Source: Alkalispirochaeta sp.
Lineage (GTDB): Bacteria > Spirochaetota > Spirochaetia > DSM-27196 > Alkalispirochaetaceae
Reading direction: 5' to 3'
Assembly: GCA_965242725.1 (NCBI GenBank)
Contig: CBDESZ010000034.1
Span: forward strand, 1-64,000
DNA: 64,000 bases
The notes beneath the pieces were generated by a model. The model saw only the letters and a list, made by a program, of their open reading frames with translations. It was not told the DNA's origin and did no database searches. Below are positions 37,906 to 48,463 of this stretch, piece by piece. A program made the position numbers and the translations under genes. Position 1 is the first letter of the stretch; every line of letters starts with the position of its first letter.

Positions 37906-38688
37906 TCAGGAGACGAGAAAATCCCTGTAGTACTGCCCGGTAAAGACCACACCTCCGAATATCACCGCGCCGATACCGACAATGATCCACAGGGGATCAA
38001 CAAGAAAAAAGAGCAGCTCCCGACCAGCCGCAAGAAGAACCACGGACAACGCGGTCACCAGCATACGGGGATTGCGATTGCTGATGGAAGCCTGAATAAA
38101 ATTCAACACCGCCAGAACCTGAATCACAATCAGCGACGCCTGAAACGATTCGCGCACACCTGCAGGGTATACCAGATTGTCCGGGAGGAATGTGGTATCC
38201 ACCGGGAGGGACCAACTGAGACTGAAGGCGATGAGCAGACCTACAAAGACCACCGTACCGTGACGTTGCATTCGTATCCCCCCGGCGTATAAACCCGCCG
38301 CAAAAAGGGAAAGCACTCCCACTACATGGGCGAAAATAGATACCCGCCCCAGAATCAGCGAGAGATGTTGAGAACTGCCCGACGCGACAACAATCTGGGC
38401 CAGCTTCGTCGCATCCAGGGTCATGGACAGAAAAAAAAGGGTCATGAAGAATACCGGGATCGATGGACTGCGACGAAACAACCGGCTGTAGGTCCCGGCA
38501 AAAAGAAAACCCAGCACCATTGATGCAGCGGCCCCTGCAATCGCAAACAGATGGGTGAGGCGTATGTCGTGTATTCCCTCACCGCCGGACCGATTCCACG
38601 AGAAAAAGAGATATCCCACTGTCAATGCACTGGCGACACACAAAGCAAGGCCGCTTCGTACGGTGATATTTCGCCCGGTTAAGGTCAT
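37906..38688 (-). CDS. Hypothetical multi-pass membrane protein
   Basis: About 8 hydrophobic segments; ORF fills the gap between flanking genes. Confidence 0.7.
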   Translation of the reverse strand: MTLTGRNITVRSGLALCVASALTVGYLFFSWNRSGGEGIHDIRLTHLFAIAGAAASMVLGFLFAGTYSRLFRRSPSIPVFFMTLFFLSMTLDATKLAQIVVASGSSQHLSLILGRVSIFAHVVGVLSLFAAGLYAGGIRMQRHGTVVFVGLLIAFSLSWSLPVDTTFLPDNLVYPAGVRESFQASLIVIQVLAVLNFIQASISNRNPRMLVTALSVVLLAAGRELLFFLVDPLWIIVGIGAVIFGGVVFTGQYYRDFLVS

Positions 38689-38768
38689 CCCTTCCACTAT
38701 ACCGGTTTTTGGAAAATACTTCAGCACACCCGCCAATTGGACGATACAATAGAAAGAGGAAAGGACCC

Positions 38769-39467
38769 ATGGTGCACAAGAAGACACATCTCGTCGTAGT
38801 GACAATATTTCTTGCGATTACCGGTGTCACGTTTGCCGGTGACGCTGCCCGATTTGTGAATCTCGGGTTTTCCCGGGACTCCCGGGTATTTGTATTTGGC
38901 CAATACGGCATTACCTACGAGGAAAACCTTCCATTTGCGGAAATCTTTGCCGTCGACGTACCGAGAAACGTCTTTGTCCAGGATGGAGTCTTTTCCAGGA
39001 CATTCCAGACGACGATCGGTCCCGGACAGGACGGAATCGGCGCGCTCTACAATCTCCTTCCCGATGCGGAGAAGGTTATTCAACGATATGGCGTGGATCA
39101 CCTCAACCAGGGTCGATTGATTTACCTTCTCGTGAATGGGGCGGCGGTCCGGGAACAAATTGAGTTTCGTGATTTTGAAACCGGTAACTCCTACACAATC
39201 AAACTCGTTCAGAGCCGTCGGACCAACGGAGAACACGTCCAGGCCGCTTTCTATCTCGACGTGACGACCCGCCTCGCCGACGGCTCGGTCGTCAACCATC
39301 GCGTAGGTCGTCCCGACTATTTCCGCGACGATATCGACCGCTACCGAATAAAACAGATTGTCGCCAGTCCGAATGAGCGTTCCGTCGTGGCGGTGATTGA
39401 GCGCATTCGGGAAACGGGTGAAGGAATGCGCATCCGCTACATGGTTGAAACCGTTCAGCTTCGGTAA
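38769..39467 (+). CDS. DUF2259-like secreted protein
   Basis: Signal peptide ending FA-GD; NLGFS.D..FVFGQYG and RYMVET motifs; AAAGGA RBS. Confidence 0.75.
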   Translation: MVHKKTHLVVVTIFLAITGVTFAGDAARFVNLGFSRDSRVFVFGQYGITYEENLPFAEIFAVDVPRNVFVQDGVFSRTFQTTIGPGQDGIGALYNLLPDAEKVIQRYGVDHLNQGRLIYLLVNGAAVREQIEFRDFETGNSYTIKLVQSRRTNGEHVQAAFYLDVTTRLADGSVVNHRVGRPDYFRDDIDRYRIKQIVASPNERSVVAVIERIRETGEGMRIRYMVETVQLR

Positions 39468-39472
39468 GTCGC

Positions 39473-40773
39473 TACTGTCCACAACCGTGCGGATGGCAAC
39501 GTCCTATTCCATGCAGTAACCGGGAGTTAATCGTCCGTTGATGCGATTCTCCCGCTCCGGCGTCCCCATCATCCCCATCCATACCACCCGAAGCGTGTGA
39601 TTCAATCTGCTTCGGGTGAGAAATGTTCGGCGTGTCAGCATCCTCCGGCGCACCCGCCGCAGTCGATCACTCCCGATTCCTGCCGCCTCGCCGTGACGCA
39701 GTACATTCCGCGGTGAGATTCGGTACTCCTTGTCCACGTTGTGCCACACCAGGTAGATCCACATCCGGGCGGTGCTCAGCGCCGCATTCCGGGCAAAACA
39801 GACCGTCTCCCGGTGGTGCTCGGCCAGATCCTTCCGGATCTCCCGATCAAGATAGTTCACCGCGAACAGGGGATTGGTCGCAGTTCGCGGTCGTCTCGAG
39901 GAAATCGTCATCTGGCGAATCCCGTCCGACTGCCACTGGCGAAGACACCGCTGGTAGGTCGGGTGTTCGTCACTGCGAAGAATCCGTCTCTCCGGTACCA
40001 CAGGGTGCCAGACCCGCACTGCCTCATGGATGAGTTCATGAAACGATCGGGCAAGTGCCCCGGGGTCAGGCGGTTCATGCACCTCGATGAGCGCCCGTTT
40101 CCGCCGTTGCCGCGCGGTCATCCTCCCGCTTCGCCGCAGGGTAACTGACGTCATTGCAAAGAGATATTGCGAGTCGGCTCCGGCAAGGAGGTTGAAGGAA
40201 TTCGGATGGTACTGGCTGACCCAGAAGCTCTGAAAGCCGTCAACCACGAGGTCTTCGGCGGGAACGACGTCCTCGGTAAGCGCTCCGTGGACGGCGATAC
40301 TCTGGCGGGCAAGCATCATGATCCGGTGGGTGATGGTGGTGGGAGAGACGAACAACTGCCGGGCGGCGGCACGGATGGAACAGCCGCTGACCAGCAGATT
40401 CCGCAGCCGGGAGAGGCTGATGTGCTTTTTGGTGAAGTACTCGAGGGAGAAGGTTGATGCACTGAAGTGACGTCCGCAGGTAGTACAGCGAAAGCGTTGA
40501 ACGATCCCGAGCCGCCGGGAGCGATAGGTTCCGTCACGAATCCACCATGCAGATGGGAGAGACGGGTCGGGAAGGAGGGGATGTACGGAAGCGCCGCGCC
40601 AGTGTTCGGCGCAGCGGGGATTCGGACAGAATGGAGGGTGGTCCATGGGCAGCTCCTGTACTGGGGGAGATTCCGAAACGGCAAACGGCGGTTCGGTCCC
40701 CTGACAGATACAGTGGATTTCTATCTTTCTGCTTCAGAAGTGACGATCTTCATCCGCACGGTTGTGGACAGTA
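39473..40773. mobile_element. Insertion-sequence-like element bounded by perfect 23-bp inverted repeats
   Basis: TACTGTCCACAACCGTGCGGATG (39473-39495) and its exact reverse complement (40751-40773) enclose a single transposase-like ORF. Confidence 0.82.
39504..40646 (-). CDS. IS1-like transposase (Zn ribbon, HTH, RNase H-like domain)
   Basis: CPNPRC...QRFRCTTC zinc ribbon; [31 protein letters not shown] and R.TVCFAR catalytic-region motifs. Confidence 0.75.
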   Translation of the reverse strand: MDHPPFCPNPRCAEHWRGASVHPLLPDPSLPSAWWIRDGTYRSRRLGIVQRFRCTTCGRHFSASTFSLEYFTKKHISLSRLRNLLVSGCSIRAAARQLFVSPTTITHRIMMLARQSIAVHGALTEDVVPAEDLVVDGFQSFWVSQYHPNSFNLLAGADSQYLFAMTSVTLRRSGRMTARQRRKRALIEVHEPPDPGALARSFHELIHEAVRVWHPVVPERRILRSDEHPTYQRCLRQWQSDGIRQMTISSRRPRTATNPLFAVNYLDREIRKDLAEHHRETVCFARNAALSTARMWIYLVWHNVDKEYRISPRNVLRHGEAAGIGSDRLRRVRRRMLTRRTFLTRSRLNHTLRVVWMGMMGTPERENRINGRLTPGYCME

Positions 40774-40781
40774 AACAAAAC

Positions 40782-40810
40782 TTGACCTCCAGGCATTTTG
40801 CCCATAAACT
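40782..40810 (+). promoter_or_regulatory. proS promoter
   Basis: TTGACC-17-TAAACT, 13 nt before the ATG. Confidence 0.65.
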
Positions 40811-40823
40811 CCAGCAGAATATT

Positions 40824-42260
40824 ATGGCAGAAAGAATTACGCCCCGTGACACAAATTACTCCGATTGGTACATCGACATCGTACTCCAGGCACAACTTGC
40901 GGATTACAGCCCCGTAAAGGGCAGCATGGTGATCCGTCCCAGGGGATACGCCCTCTGGGAACGCATCCAACGCGGGCTGGACGACATGTTCAAGGAGACG
41001 GGACACACCAATGCCTATTTTCCCCTTCTCATACCCGAAAGCTTCCTGAAAAAGGAAGCCGAACACATTGAAGGATTCGCTCCCGAGCTTGCCGTCGTGA
41101 CCCATGGAGGCGGCGAGGAGTTGGAAGAGCCCCTGGTCATTCGACCGACTTCGGAGACGATCATCTGGAGCATGTACAAGAAGTGGATACAGTCCTACCG
41201 TGACCTGCCGTTGCTCATCAATCAATGGGCCAACGTCATGCGATGGGAAAAACGGACCCGACTCTTCCTCAGGACAACAGAGTTCCTCTGGCAGGAAGGG
41301 CACACCGCACACGAGACTGAAAAGGAAGCACGTGAAGAAACGCTGCGAATGTTGGAGGTGTATAAGACGTTCGCGGAAGACTATATGGCGCTTCCCGTCC
41401 TCACCGGCGTGAAATCGGAATCCGAAAAGTTTGCCGGTGCGGTAAGCACGTACGCCATTGAGGCGATGATGCAGGACCGCAAGGCTCTCCAGGCGGGGAC
41501 TTCCCACTTTCTCGGCCAGAATTTCGCCAAAGCTTTCGATGTTCAGTTTCAGTCCCGGGAGAGCTCTCTCGAGTATGTCTGGGCGACCAGCTGGGGAGTC
41601 TCGACCCGTCTCATCGGTGCCCTGATCATGGCCCACTCCGACGACAAGGGGCTGGTCATTCCGCCGCGCCTTGCACCGACCGAGGTTGCCCTGGTGCCGA
41701 TTTTTCGTTCCAACAACAAAGAAGATGTCCTGCCGAAAGCGCAATCGTTATACGATGAACTGCGACGGGAATTTCGTATCGAACTCGACGACGACGAAAA
41801 CAATTCACCGGGCTGGAAGTTTGCCGAATGGGAACTACGGGGCGTCCCCGTCCGCATTGAGATGGGGCCCCGGGACATTCAGAACGGCCAGGTTGTTCTG
41901 GCGAGAAGGGACACCGGCGAGAAGGAAACAGTCTCCCTTGATCGGGTACGGGAGCGCATCCGGACACTGCTTGAGGAAATTCAATCGAGCCTTTTCACCC
42001 GTGCAAAGACTTTTCGCGAGGAGAATACGGTGCGGCCGGAGTCGTACGAGGAGTTTGTCTCATTCTTCAACGAAGGCGCCGGCGGATTTGCCGTCGCGCC
42101 GTGGGACGGAGATCCCGCAACGGAAGGGCGAATCAAAGAAGAGACAAAGGCGACCATACGGGTTCTGCCCTTCGGCAATGAAGAAGAAGCAAAGGGAAAG
42201 AGCTGCATCGCCAGCGGGAAGGCCGCAAAATACATGGCCGTTTTTGCAAAGAGTTACTAA
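40824..42260 (+). CDS. proS: Proline--tRNA ligase (eukaryote/archaeal type)
   Basis: [32 protein letters not shown] and SWGVSTR motifs; C-terminal AKSY; no INS editing domain. Confidence 0.97.
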   Translation: MAERITPRDTNYSDWYIDIVLQAQLADYSPVKGSMVIRPRGYALWERIQRGLDDMFKETGHTNAYFPLLIPESFLKKEAEHIEGFAPELAVVTHGGGEELEEPLVIRPTSETIIWSMYKKWIQSYRDLPLLINQWANVMRWEKRTRLFLRTTEFLWQEGHTAHETEKEAREETLRMLEVYKTFAEDYMALPVLTGVKSESEKFAGAVSTYAIEAMMQDRKALQAGTSHFLGQNFAKAFDVQFQSRESSLEYVWATSWGVSTRLIGALIMAHSDDKGLVIPPRLAPTEVALVPIFRSNNKEDVLPKAQSLYDELRREFRIELDDDENNSPGWKFAEWELRGVPVRIEMGPRDIQNGQVVLARRDTGEKETVSLDRVRERIRTLLEEIQSSLFTRAKTFREENTVRPESYEEFVSFFNEGAGGFAVAPWDGDPATEGRIKEETKATIRVLPFGNEEEAKGKSCIASGKAAKYMAVFAKSY

Positions 42261-42320
42261 GAGAAATCCATTCACCCGATCCGACGGAAAACTCACGCCG
42301 GCGTGTGATATGCTGTCATC

Positions 42321-43052
42321 GTGAAGGTCACAACCTACCGGCCGGAGAGATTCCGGCCTCTTCCGCACCTGTGCTTCATCCTCGTGCTGATCGGCGGGGT
42401 CTCCCTGGAAGCACAGAACGCACGACAACCAACGCCAAATGTCTTTCTCACCGGCGGTCCTCTCTGGATGTACAACGGCTTTACCACCACTTCGGCGGGA
42501 GAGAGCGTGCAGGGAAGCGATGTGAGCCCTCTCAAGACGTCTCTCGGTGCGGGAGTCGAGGTTCCCCTGACGGCGGTCATTTCCGTTGAACCTGAAGGGT
42601 GGCTTTTCATGCAGGAGTACATCGCGCTGAAGGCGTATCCCAAGACGGTGCCCACCCAGATCGAGACGGGCGCAGCCGTCGGTGATATTGCATCGACCCT
42701 CGGCGTCGGGTTGTCTCTTCCCCTGACTTTTTCGTGGCAATCGACCCGGCTGGATCGCTGGTCCATCGGCGCTCGGGGCGGTGTCGGATTGGTCTTTCGA
42801 ATCCCCCTCTCCGGTATCGACGGAACCGATCCAGGCGCGGTAGGGCGGTACTGGATTACCGGGAGATTCGTCTATCCCCAGGTGGGAATTGCGATGGATT
42901 ATCGCCTTAACGACGACGTTCTGATCGGCGCCGTGTGTGACTGGTTGATCCCCCTGTACAACAGCTGGGACAGTGATGTTTCCACACCCTTCCTTGACGA
43001 GACGATGATCCGCGCAGGCGTACGCCTGCGTCTGACCAAAAGCGAACGGTAG
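42321..43052 (+). CDS. Hypothetical exported protein, possible outer-membrane beta-barrel
   Basis: Signal peptide (LEA-Q); alternating amphipathic strands; C-terminal IRAGVRLRL strand. Confidence 0.6.
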   Translation: MKVTTYRPERFRPLPHLCFILVLIGGVSLEAQNARQPTPNVFLTGGPLWMYNGFTTTSAGESVQGSDVSPLKTSLGAGVEVPLTAVISVEPEGWLFMQEYIALKAYPKTVPTQIETGAAVGDIASTLGVGLSLPLTFSWQSTRLDRWSIGARGGVGLVFRIPLSGIDGTDPGAVGRYWITGRFVYPQVGIAMDYRLNDDVLIGAVCDWLIPLYNSWDSDVSTPFLDETMIRAGVRLRLTKSER

Positions 43053-43097
43053 GCACGGACCGAACTCTGAGAGTGCCGCACCGATGTCGTCGGCGCC

Positions 43098-44648
43098 CTA
43101 CTCCCCCGTCCACTCAACCTGATAGAGGTCCAGCCGGCGATCGCGGTAGTTGGTTACCTGTCCTTCGGCACGCAATTCCTTCAGTTTGTCCAGATCGAGA
43201 TCTACCAGCAGGGTCATTTCCGTATTTGGCGTGCTCTCAGCCATGATTGCGTCGTGGGGAAAGGAAAAATCGGATGGGGAGAAAACCGCGGACTGACTGT
43301 ACTGAATGTCCACATTGTCAACTCTGGGAAGGTTGCCCACGCTGCCTGTTATGGCCACGTAGCATTCGTTTTCGATCGCCCGTGACTGGGAGGTACGACG
43401 GACACGGAGATAACCGTTCTTTGTATCGGTCCAGAAGGGAACGAAGAGAATCTCCAGACCGCGATCACTCATTATTCTCGCTGGCTCGGGAAATTCGACG
43501 TCATAACAGATGAGAATTCCCACCTTTCCCGCGTCGGTATCAAAGACTCTCAGGGCGTTCCCTCCTTGAATGCCCCAGCTGATACGCTCCTGAGGAGTGA
43601 TATGGAGCTTGTACTGCCATTCAATGCGCCCGTCCCGGTGAAAGAGATATGCAACATTATACAGTTCACCGTCGTCCCACACGGGCATACTGCCCCCGAC
43701 GACGTTGATGTTGTAGGTGACGGCCATGTGAGAAATGGCGTCCCGCAACGCCGGAGTGTACTCCGCGAGGCCGCGCACGGCGGAAATGCTTGTCTCCTGA
43801 TCCGTCAGTTCCATGAGGGGGGCGTTGAAGAACTCGGGAAAGACACAAAAATCACCCTGGTAGTCCGAAATCGCATCGATGAAAAATTCGACCTGCTCGA
43901 GGAGATCCTCCAGGGACGACACCTTTCGCATCTGCCACTGTACGAGTCCGACACGGACATGTCGCTTCGGCGCGGTAACCGCAGACTGCTGCCTTCTCTG
44001 GTAGTATATATTCACCCACTCAAGGAGCGTGGCGTTACCACGGGACTTCCGGTCCTCCGGGATGTAATCCTCCAGAACCCGCTTTACCTGAAAATCGTTG
44101 TTCAGCTGAAATGTCAAAATGGGATCGTATATGTCCCGTCGCTTCACCCGCTCGATATACTCGTGAGGCGAAAACTCCGATGCATGCTTGTAATAACCTG
44201 GTATTCGACCGCCCGCGATAATCGCCCGGAAATTGAGCTCCCGACAGAGTTCTTTTCGGGCGTCATAGAGACGACGACCCAGACGGAAACCGCGGTATTC
44301 GGGATCAACGAAAATGTCCAGACCGTACATGGCGTCCCCGTCGGGGTGGTGTACGACGGCGTCATTGCCTTCCAGCAGTTCGTCATAGGTGTGGGCATTT
44401 GAGAATGCGGCGTAGTCGACTCGCACGGTGAGGGCAACGGCAACGATGACTCCGTTGTCCTCGATACCGAACTGCGCTTCCGGGAAGCGACGCAGGAGAC
44501 TTGCAATGACTTTCTTGGGCCACGCGCCGTCAAGGTCCACGTAGACCTTGTCCATGAGCGTCTTGATCTGGGGATAATCCTCCATGTGCAGATTGCGCAA
44601 CTGAAGATGGTGGAGATCGTTGGTTCCGTCGTGTGTTTCGTTGTTCAT
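43098..44648 (-). CDS. Bifunctional GNAT acetyltransferase / carbon-nitrogen hydrolase
   Basis: VDPEYRGFRLG GNAT motif; FPE, YKLH and ICYDVEFPE nitrilase triad motifs. Confidence 0.92.
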   Translation of the reverse strand: MNNETHDGTNDLHHLQLRNLHMEDYPQIKTLMDKVYVDLDGAWPKKVIASLLRRFPEAQFGIEDNGVIVAVALTVRVDYAAFSNAHTYDELLEGNDAVVHHPDGDAMYGLDIFVDPEYRGFRLGRRLYDARKELCRELNFRAIIAGGRIPGYYKHASEFSPHEYIERVKRRDIYDPILTFQLNNDFQVKRVLEDYIPEDRKSRGNATLLEWVNIYYQRRQQSAVTAPKRHVRVGLVQWQMRKVSSLEDLLEQVEFFIDAISDYQGDFCVFPEFFNAPLMELTDQETSISAVRGLAEYTPALRDAISHMAVTYNINVVGGSMPVWDDGELYNVAYLFHRDGRIEWQYKLHITPQERISWGIQGGNALRVFDTDAGKVGILICYDVEFPEPARIMSDRGLEILFVPFWTDTKNGYLRVRRTSQSRAIENECYVAITGSVGNLPRVDNVDIQYSQSAVFSPSDFSFPHDAIMAESTPNTEMTLLVDLDLDKLKELRAEGQVTNYRDRRLDLYQVEWTGE

Positions 44649-44696
44649 ACGGTCTTTGACCGTACCACGTTTTCAAGGGTATCTTACAGAGAAACT

Positions 44697-45782
44697 ATGA
44701 CTATTTCACAAATATTCTTACGCGTCGCCGGTGAGCGGGCCGCGGGAGCCGTGTCCTATTTCGACGGATCAAATCTGCATATTTCCGCCGCCGGTATCGG
44801 TCCGGGAACATATGAGGAACGGGCCTTTGTCACCATGTCCCGGGAACGGCTGGATCACGCCGCCCGCTCCGACGATCCCCTCTCGGAAATCCTGCACGAT
44901 CCCGACGGCGGCTCGGGTTTGCTTCCTCCGGGGATAGAGACACTCCTCCATTACCTCATGCCGCAGAGCTACGTCGTCCACGTGCGTTCACCGCAGATTG
45001 CGGGTCTTCTGGCGGGCACGGAGGGGGAGCGCCACGTATCCGCCCTGTTTGGCGGGGACGCTCTCTGGGTCGCGACGACACCGCCCACCAATGAGCTCTT
45101 TCACACCGTCAAAGCGGCGATTTCAGCGTCTGAAAAGACAGACCCGCCGTGCCCGTACCTTTTTATGCAGAATCACGGACTCCTCGTCGGCGCCGATTCG
45201 CCGGAAGGTATCGAAAGAGCGTGCCGGAAGGTGGAGGAAGCCGTTCATGCGGCGATCGGACGTCACCCGCGCCTTTCGCCAATGCGTCGCGACACCCATG
45301 ACCTCATGGAATTCAACGAGGCGGTTCGGCGCGCCTTCGCGGACACCCGTGCCGCCCACGGTTTCGCGTTGAATGCCCCCGTGACGACGGCATGCGCCAA
45401 TCCGGAAATTGACCTGCGCGCCGAATCGGAGGAACGTTTTCGCCCCGTTTCACGCGCCCTTCTCGGCAGGTACGCGTCACACCTCGGCCGGGCGCTCTGT
45501 TTTGTCCCCCGGCACAGCGACCTTACATCCCCCCAGGCGCTCCTGGCCGACGTGCTTCACAGCATTCACGATTTTTCAGATTCCCATGACGCTGCACCGC
45601 GGGTCGTCGTCATTCAGGGCGGCGGGGCGGTCATCGTAGGAGACACGGAAGAAGAACTTGCCAAGTTGTGTTCGGCCTTTTCCGCGACGCTGGAAACGGC
45701 GTGTTACGCTGAGAGCTTTGGTGGCGCCGGCGGACTCTCAGATCAGTACTTTGAAGCCCTGATCGAAGCGTCCGGACGATAG
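44697..45782 (+). CDS. Class II aldolase/adducin-fold protein (degenerate metal site)
   Basis: PGIETLLH, VVHVRS and FMQNHGL match the RhaD/FucA-like fold. Confidence 0.7.
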   Translation: MTISQIFLRVAGERAAGAVSYFDGSNLHISAAGIGPGTYEERAFVTMSRERLDHAARSDDPLSEILHDPDGGSGLLPPGIETLLHYLMPQSYVVHVRSPQIAGLLAGTEGERHVSALFGGDALWVATTPPTNELFHTVKAAISASEKTDPPCPYLFMQNHGLLVGADSPEGIERACRKVEEAVHAAIGRHPRLSPMRRDTHDLMEFNEAVRRAFADTRAAHGFALNAPVTTACANPEIDLRAESEERFRPVSRALLGRYASHLGRALCFVPRHSDLTSPQALLADVLHSIHDFSDSHDAAPRVVVIQGGGAVIVGDTEEELAKLCSAFSATLETACYAESFGGAGGLSDQYFEALIEASGR

Positions 45783-45814
45783 AGCGATTCCCGTCGATCC
45801 AAGATTGCCGGCTA

Positions 45815-47076
45815 TTACGACGAGCGCCTGGTAAGACGCCCCGATCTGATCTGATTTCTTCCGTTTTTCTTGGCGGAGTACAGTGCTTTGTCCGCGGCCT
45901 TGAGAACAGCCTCAAGGGGCTGGCCTGTATCGGTGCGAACGGCAAAGCCGATGCTGCAGGTGACGGGAATGTTTTTCCCCCTGTGAACCACCGGCTTCTG
46001 CTCCAGCCCAGGCGTACCCGTTCCAGAAGAGGACGGGCCCGCTTGTGGTCATAGCGTGGAATGATGACAAAGAGCTCTTCTCCGCCGAAGCGGCCTACCA
46101 TTCCGTCGGGTACGATTTTCGCCCTGATGCGCTGCGCCGCGTCCCTGAGCACCGCATCTCCCGCGTCATGACCGTATGTGTCGTTGACCTTCTTGAAATG
46201 GTCAAGATCAATGAGCGCGATGGCGCAGGGCGGTCGGGTATCAAGGGCACTCTGGTCCCGAAGGACACGCTCACACCACTCCCGGTTATAGATCCGAAGG
46301 AGCGGGTCGTAGGAGGCGCGGTTTTCGAGGCGCCGAAACCAGTGAATCAACGTCCCGGCGGCGACGGGAAACGGCAGCGCCGTCATCACGATACCGTGAA
46401 GGACCGGATCGTTTTCCGCGAGGAGCCACCCCAGGGAGAGAAGCACGACCGAACCGGCGTGAATGCCGCCTATCCCGAGGCTGTGGGACTCCGTGAAGAG
46501 GGAGAGAAATATCACCGCCGCCGCAACACTGCTTAACCCCCAGAACGCCGTCGACTGAAAGTTACCCGCCCGGGCCAGCTGAAGTGCCAGAAAACGGCGG
46601 AGTACCGGTACGGATATCCCGACGACAAACCATACGACGATGATCCCCACGATTACCACCGTCATTCTCCGGGTGAAATGGTACCCCAGGTATTCAGGCA
46701 CGATGACGGTAATGAGAAATACAAAGAGAAAAGAGAGATAGGCAAGCAAGACGGTGGCTGAGAAATACTCCCCGGGATCGCCGGTGCCGATATTCGGCAA
46801 CAGCATGAAAAAGATAATCGATACCACGCTCGTTACGGCCACGCCCAACCCCATGGCGTAGACCTTGAAATTGTGGACCCGGGGGTATGACGCGTATCCG
46901 AACCACCCGGCGGACAGCGCGCCGACCGCTCCGACGAGGTAAAAGAGCCGTTCCCTGAGAATCGTCTCGGCGGTGAAATCCATCCTCTGCCGCAGAGAAA
47001 TGACGAACACCGTCAAAATCAGCGCAATGACGAATTGCAGGAATCCCCAAGTGTTCCGTTCGTGTTGAAGTGCCAT
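45815..47076 (-). pseudogene. Membrane-bound diguanylate cyclase with a 1-nt frameshift near 46007-46010
   Basis: About 8 TM segments, then DPLLRIYNR, DLDHFK.VND.YGH..GD and RFGGEEL. The expected C-terminus (VTCSIG...AADKALYSAKKNGRNQ, stop at 45815) is in a different frame. Confidence 0.85.
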
Positions 47077-47098
47077 CACTGTCTCCGCGTTTCGGCGA

Positions 47099-48394
47099 TC
47101 ACCCTGCCCGGTGACGCCAGATATTTTTTACCTCGTGGGCGATAATTTCTATGCCCCGTTTTACGTCTTCCGGCTCCTGGCCGTAGTTAATGCGAATACA
47201 TTCCCCCTTGTGTCTCCACTGCGCGATTTCTTCATTTCCGAAAAAGAAGTATTCGCCGGGTACGACAAGAACGTCCCGCTTTTTCAGCCGTTCATAGAGC
47301 TGCACCGTTGGGACGGGAAGATCGGGCATCCACAACCACAGGAAGATGGATCCCTCCAGTCGGTGAATCGAATACGGCACATCATCGCCGAAGGAGTCGG
47401 CGACGTGGCACTGCGCATTGTACGCTCGTTTCCGGTAAAACGGCAGGATCGTATCCCTGGAGAGGCTGATGATCGACCGATCCCTGACCATCGGCTCGAC
47501 GATATATTGACCGACCGTCGCATTTGCCAGACTGATCACCGCATTCGCCCTGGACAGGGCGGTGATAATTTCCTCCGAGGCTACAATGATGCCGGTACGG
47601 GTGCCGGGCAATCCGATCTTGGAAAGGCTCATTCCGAGAACGGTGTTCTCGTTCCACATCGGCTGGGCGCCACCCTCCACCACGTCGTCAAAAATAATGT
47701 GAGGAAATGGCATTCCGTAGGCGTTGTCGATAAGTAACGGCACGTTGTAACGCCGTGCCAGTTGATCGAGCCTGGCGACCTCGTCATCGGTAAGGACGTT
47801 GCCCGACGGGTTTGTCGGTCGGGAGACGCATATCGCGCCTATGCCGGCTCTTCCGTCGCGACCGCTTTCTGCAAGCACCCGTTCCACCGCCTCAAAATCG
47901 ACGTGGTATTTGTGGGTATGTTCATCGAGACGTTCGATTCTCGGCTTTACGGCGACCAGAGTGTCCGGATCTATGCCCTGGTCGGCATATCCGATGTATT
48001 CCGGCAGGAGCGGAAAGAGAATTCTTTCGGGTCCGCTGAACATGTTCAGAAGCATGAAAAAGGCCGTCTGACTGCCGTTGGTAATGGCGATATTTTCGGG
48101 TCCGACGCTCCACTGATACTCACTCTGAAACATATCCGCCAGGGCCGCCAGAAAGCTGGGCTGCCCCTGGGGGGTATCATAGCGACCGAGCATCTGTTCG
48201 ATTCCGCGCTCGTCCACCAGAAGATCCTGCAACCGTCTTCGCCACACAGCTTCCATCGCGGGAATCGATGCGGGATTTCCGCCACCGAGCATGTATTTTT
48301 TTTCGCTCCCCGCCAGGGCGCGTCCCATGTCATCCATGAGATCCATGATTCCCGTATGACCGGAAAACTTCTCGCCGAATCGTGACAGTCGCAT
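47099..48394 (-). CDS. avtA: Valine--pyruvate aminotransferase
   Basis: MLGGGNP, TNGSQ, PEYIGY, SRPTNPSGNV, DNAYG and SLSKIGLPG motifs. True start M at 48394; the longer ORF overlaps serA. Confidence 0.92.
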   Translation of the reverse strand: MRLSRFGEKFSGHTGIMDLMDDMGRALAGSEKKYMLGGGNPASIPAMEAVWRRRLQDLLVDERGIEQMLGRYDTPQGQPSFLAALADMFQSEYQWSVGPENIAITNGSQTAFFMLLNMFSGPERILFPLLPEYIGYADQGIDPDTLVAVKPRIERLDEHTHKYHVDFEAVERVLAESGRDGRAGIGAICVSRPTNPSGNVLTDDEVARLDQLARRYNVPLLIDNAYGMPFPHIIFDDVVEGGAQPMWNENTVLGMSLSKIGLPGTRTGIIVASEEIITALSRANAVISLANATVGQYIVEPMVRDRSIISLSRDTILPFYRKRAYNAQCHVADSFGDDVPYSIHRLEGSIFLWLWMPDLPVPTVQLYERLKKRDVLVVPGEYFFFGNEEIAQWRHKGECIRINYGQEPEDVKRGIEIIAHEVKNIWRHRAG

Positions 48395-48463
48395 ATGTCG
48401 TGAGTATATCCGATGAATGACGACGTTGAAACTGCCGTCTGAAGCGGTGTAGCCTGCCCAATC

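Noticed and set aside
39475..39483. DnaA-box-like CTGTCCACA in the inverted repeats
   Set aside because: Two mismatches to TTATCCACA, no cluster of boxes and no origin context.
40467..40823. N-terminal extension of proS
   Set aside because: Runs through the IS-like element and the proS promoter; homology starts at 40824.
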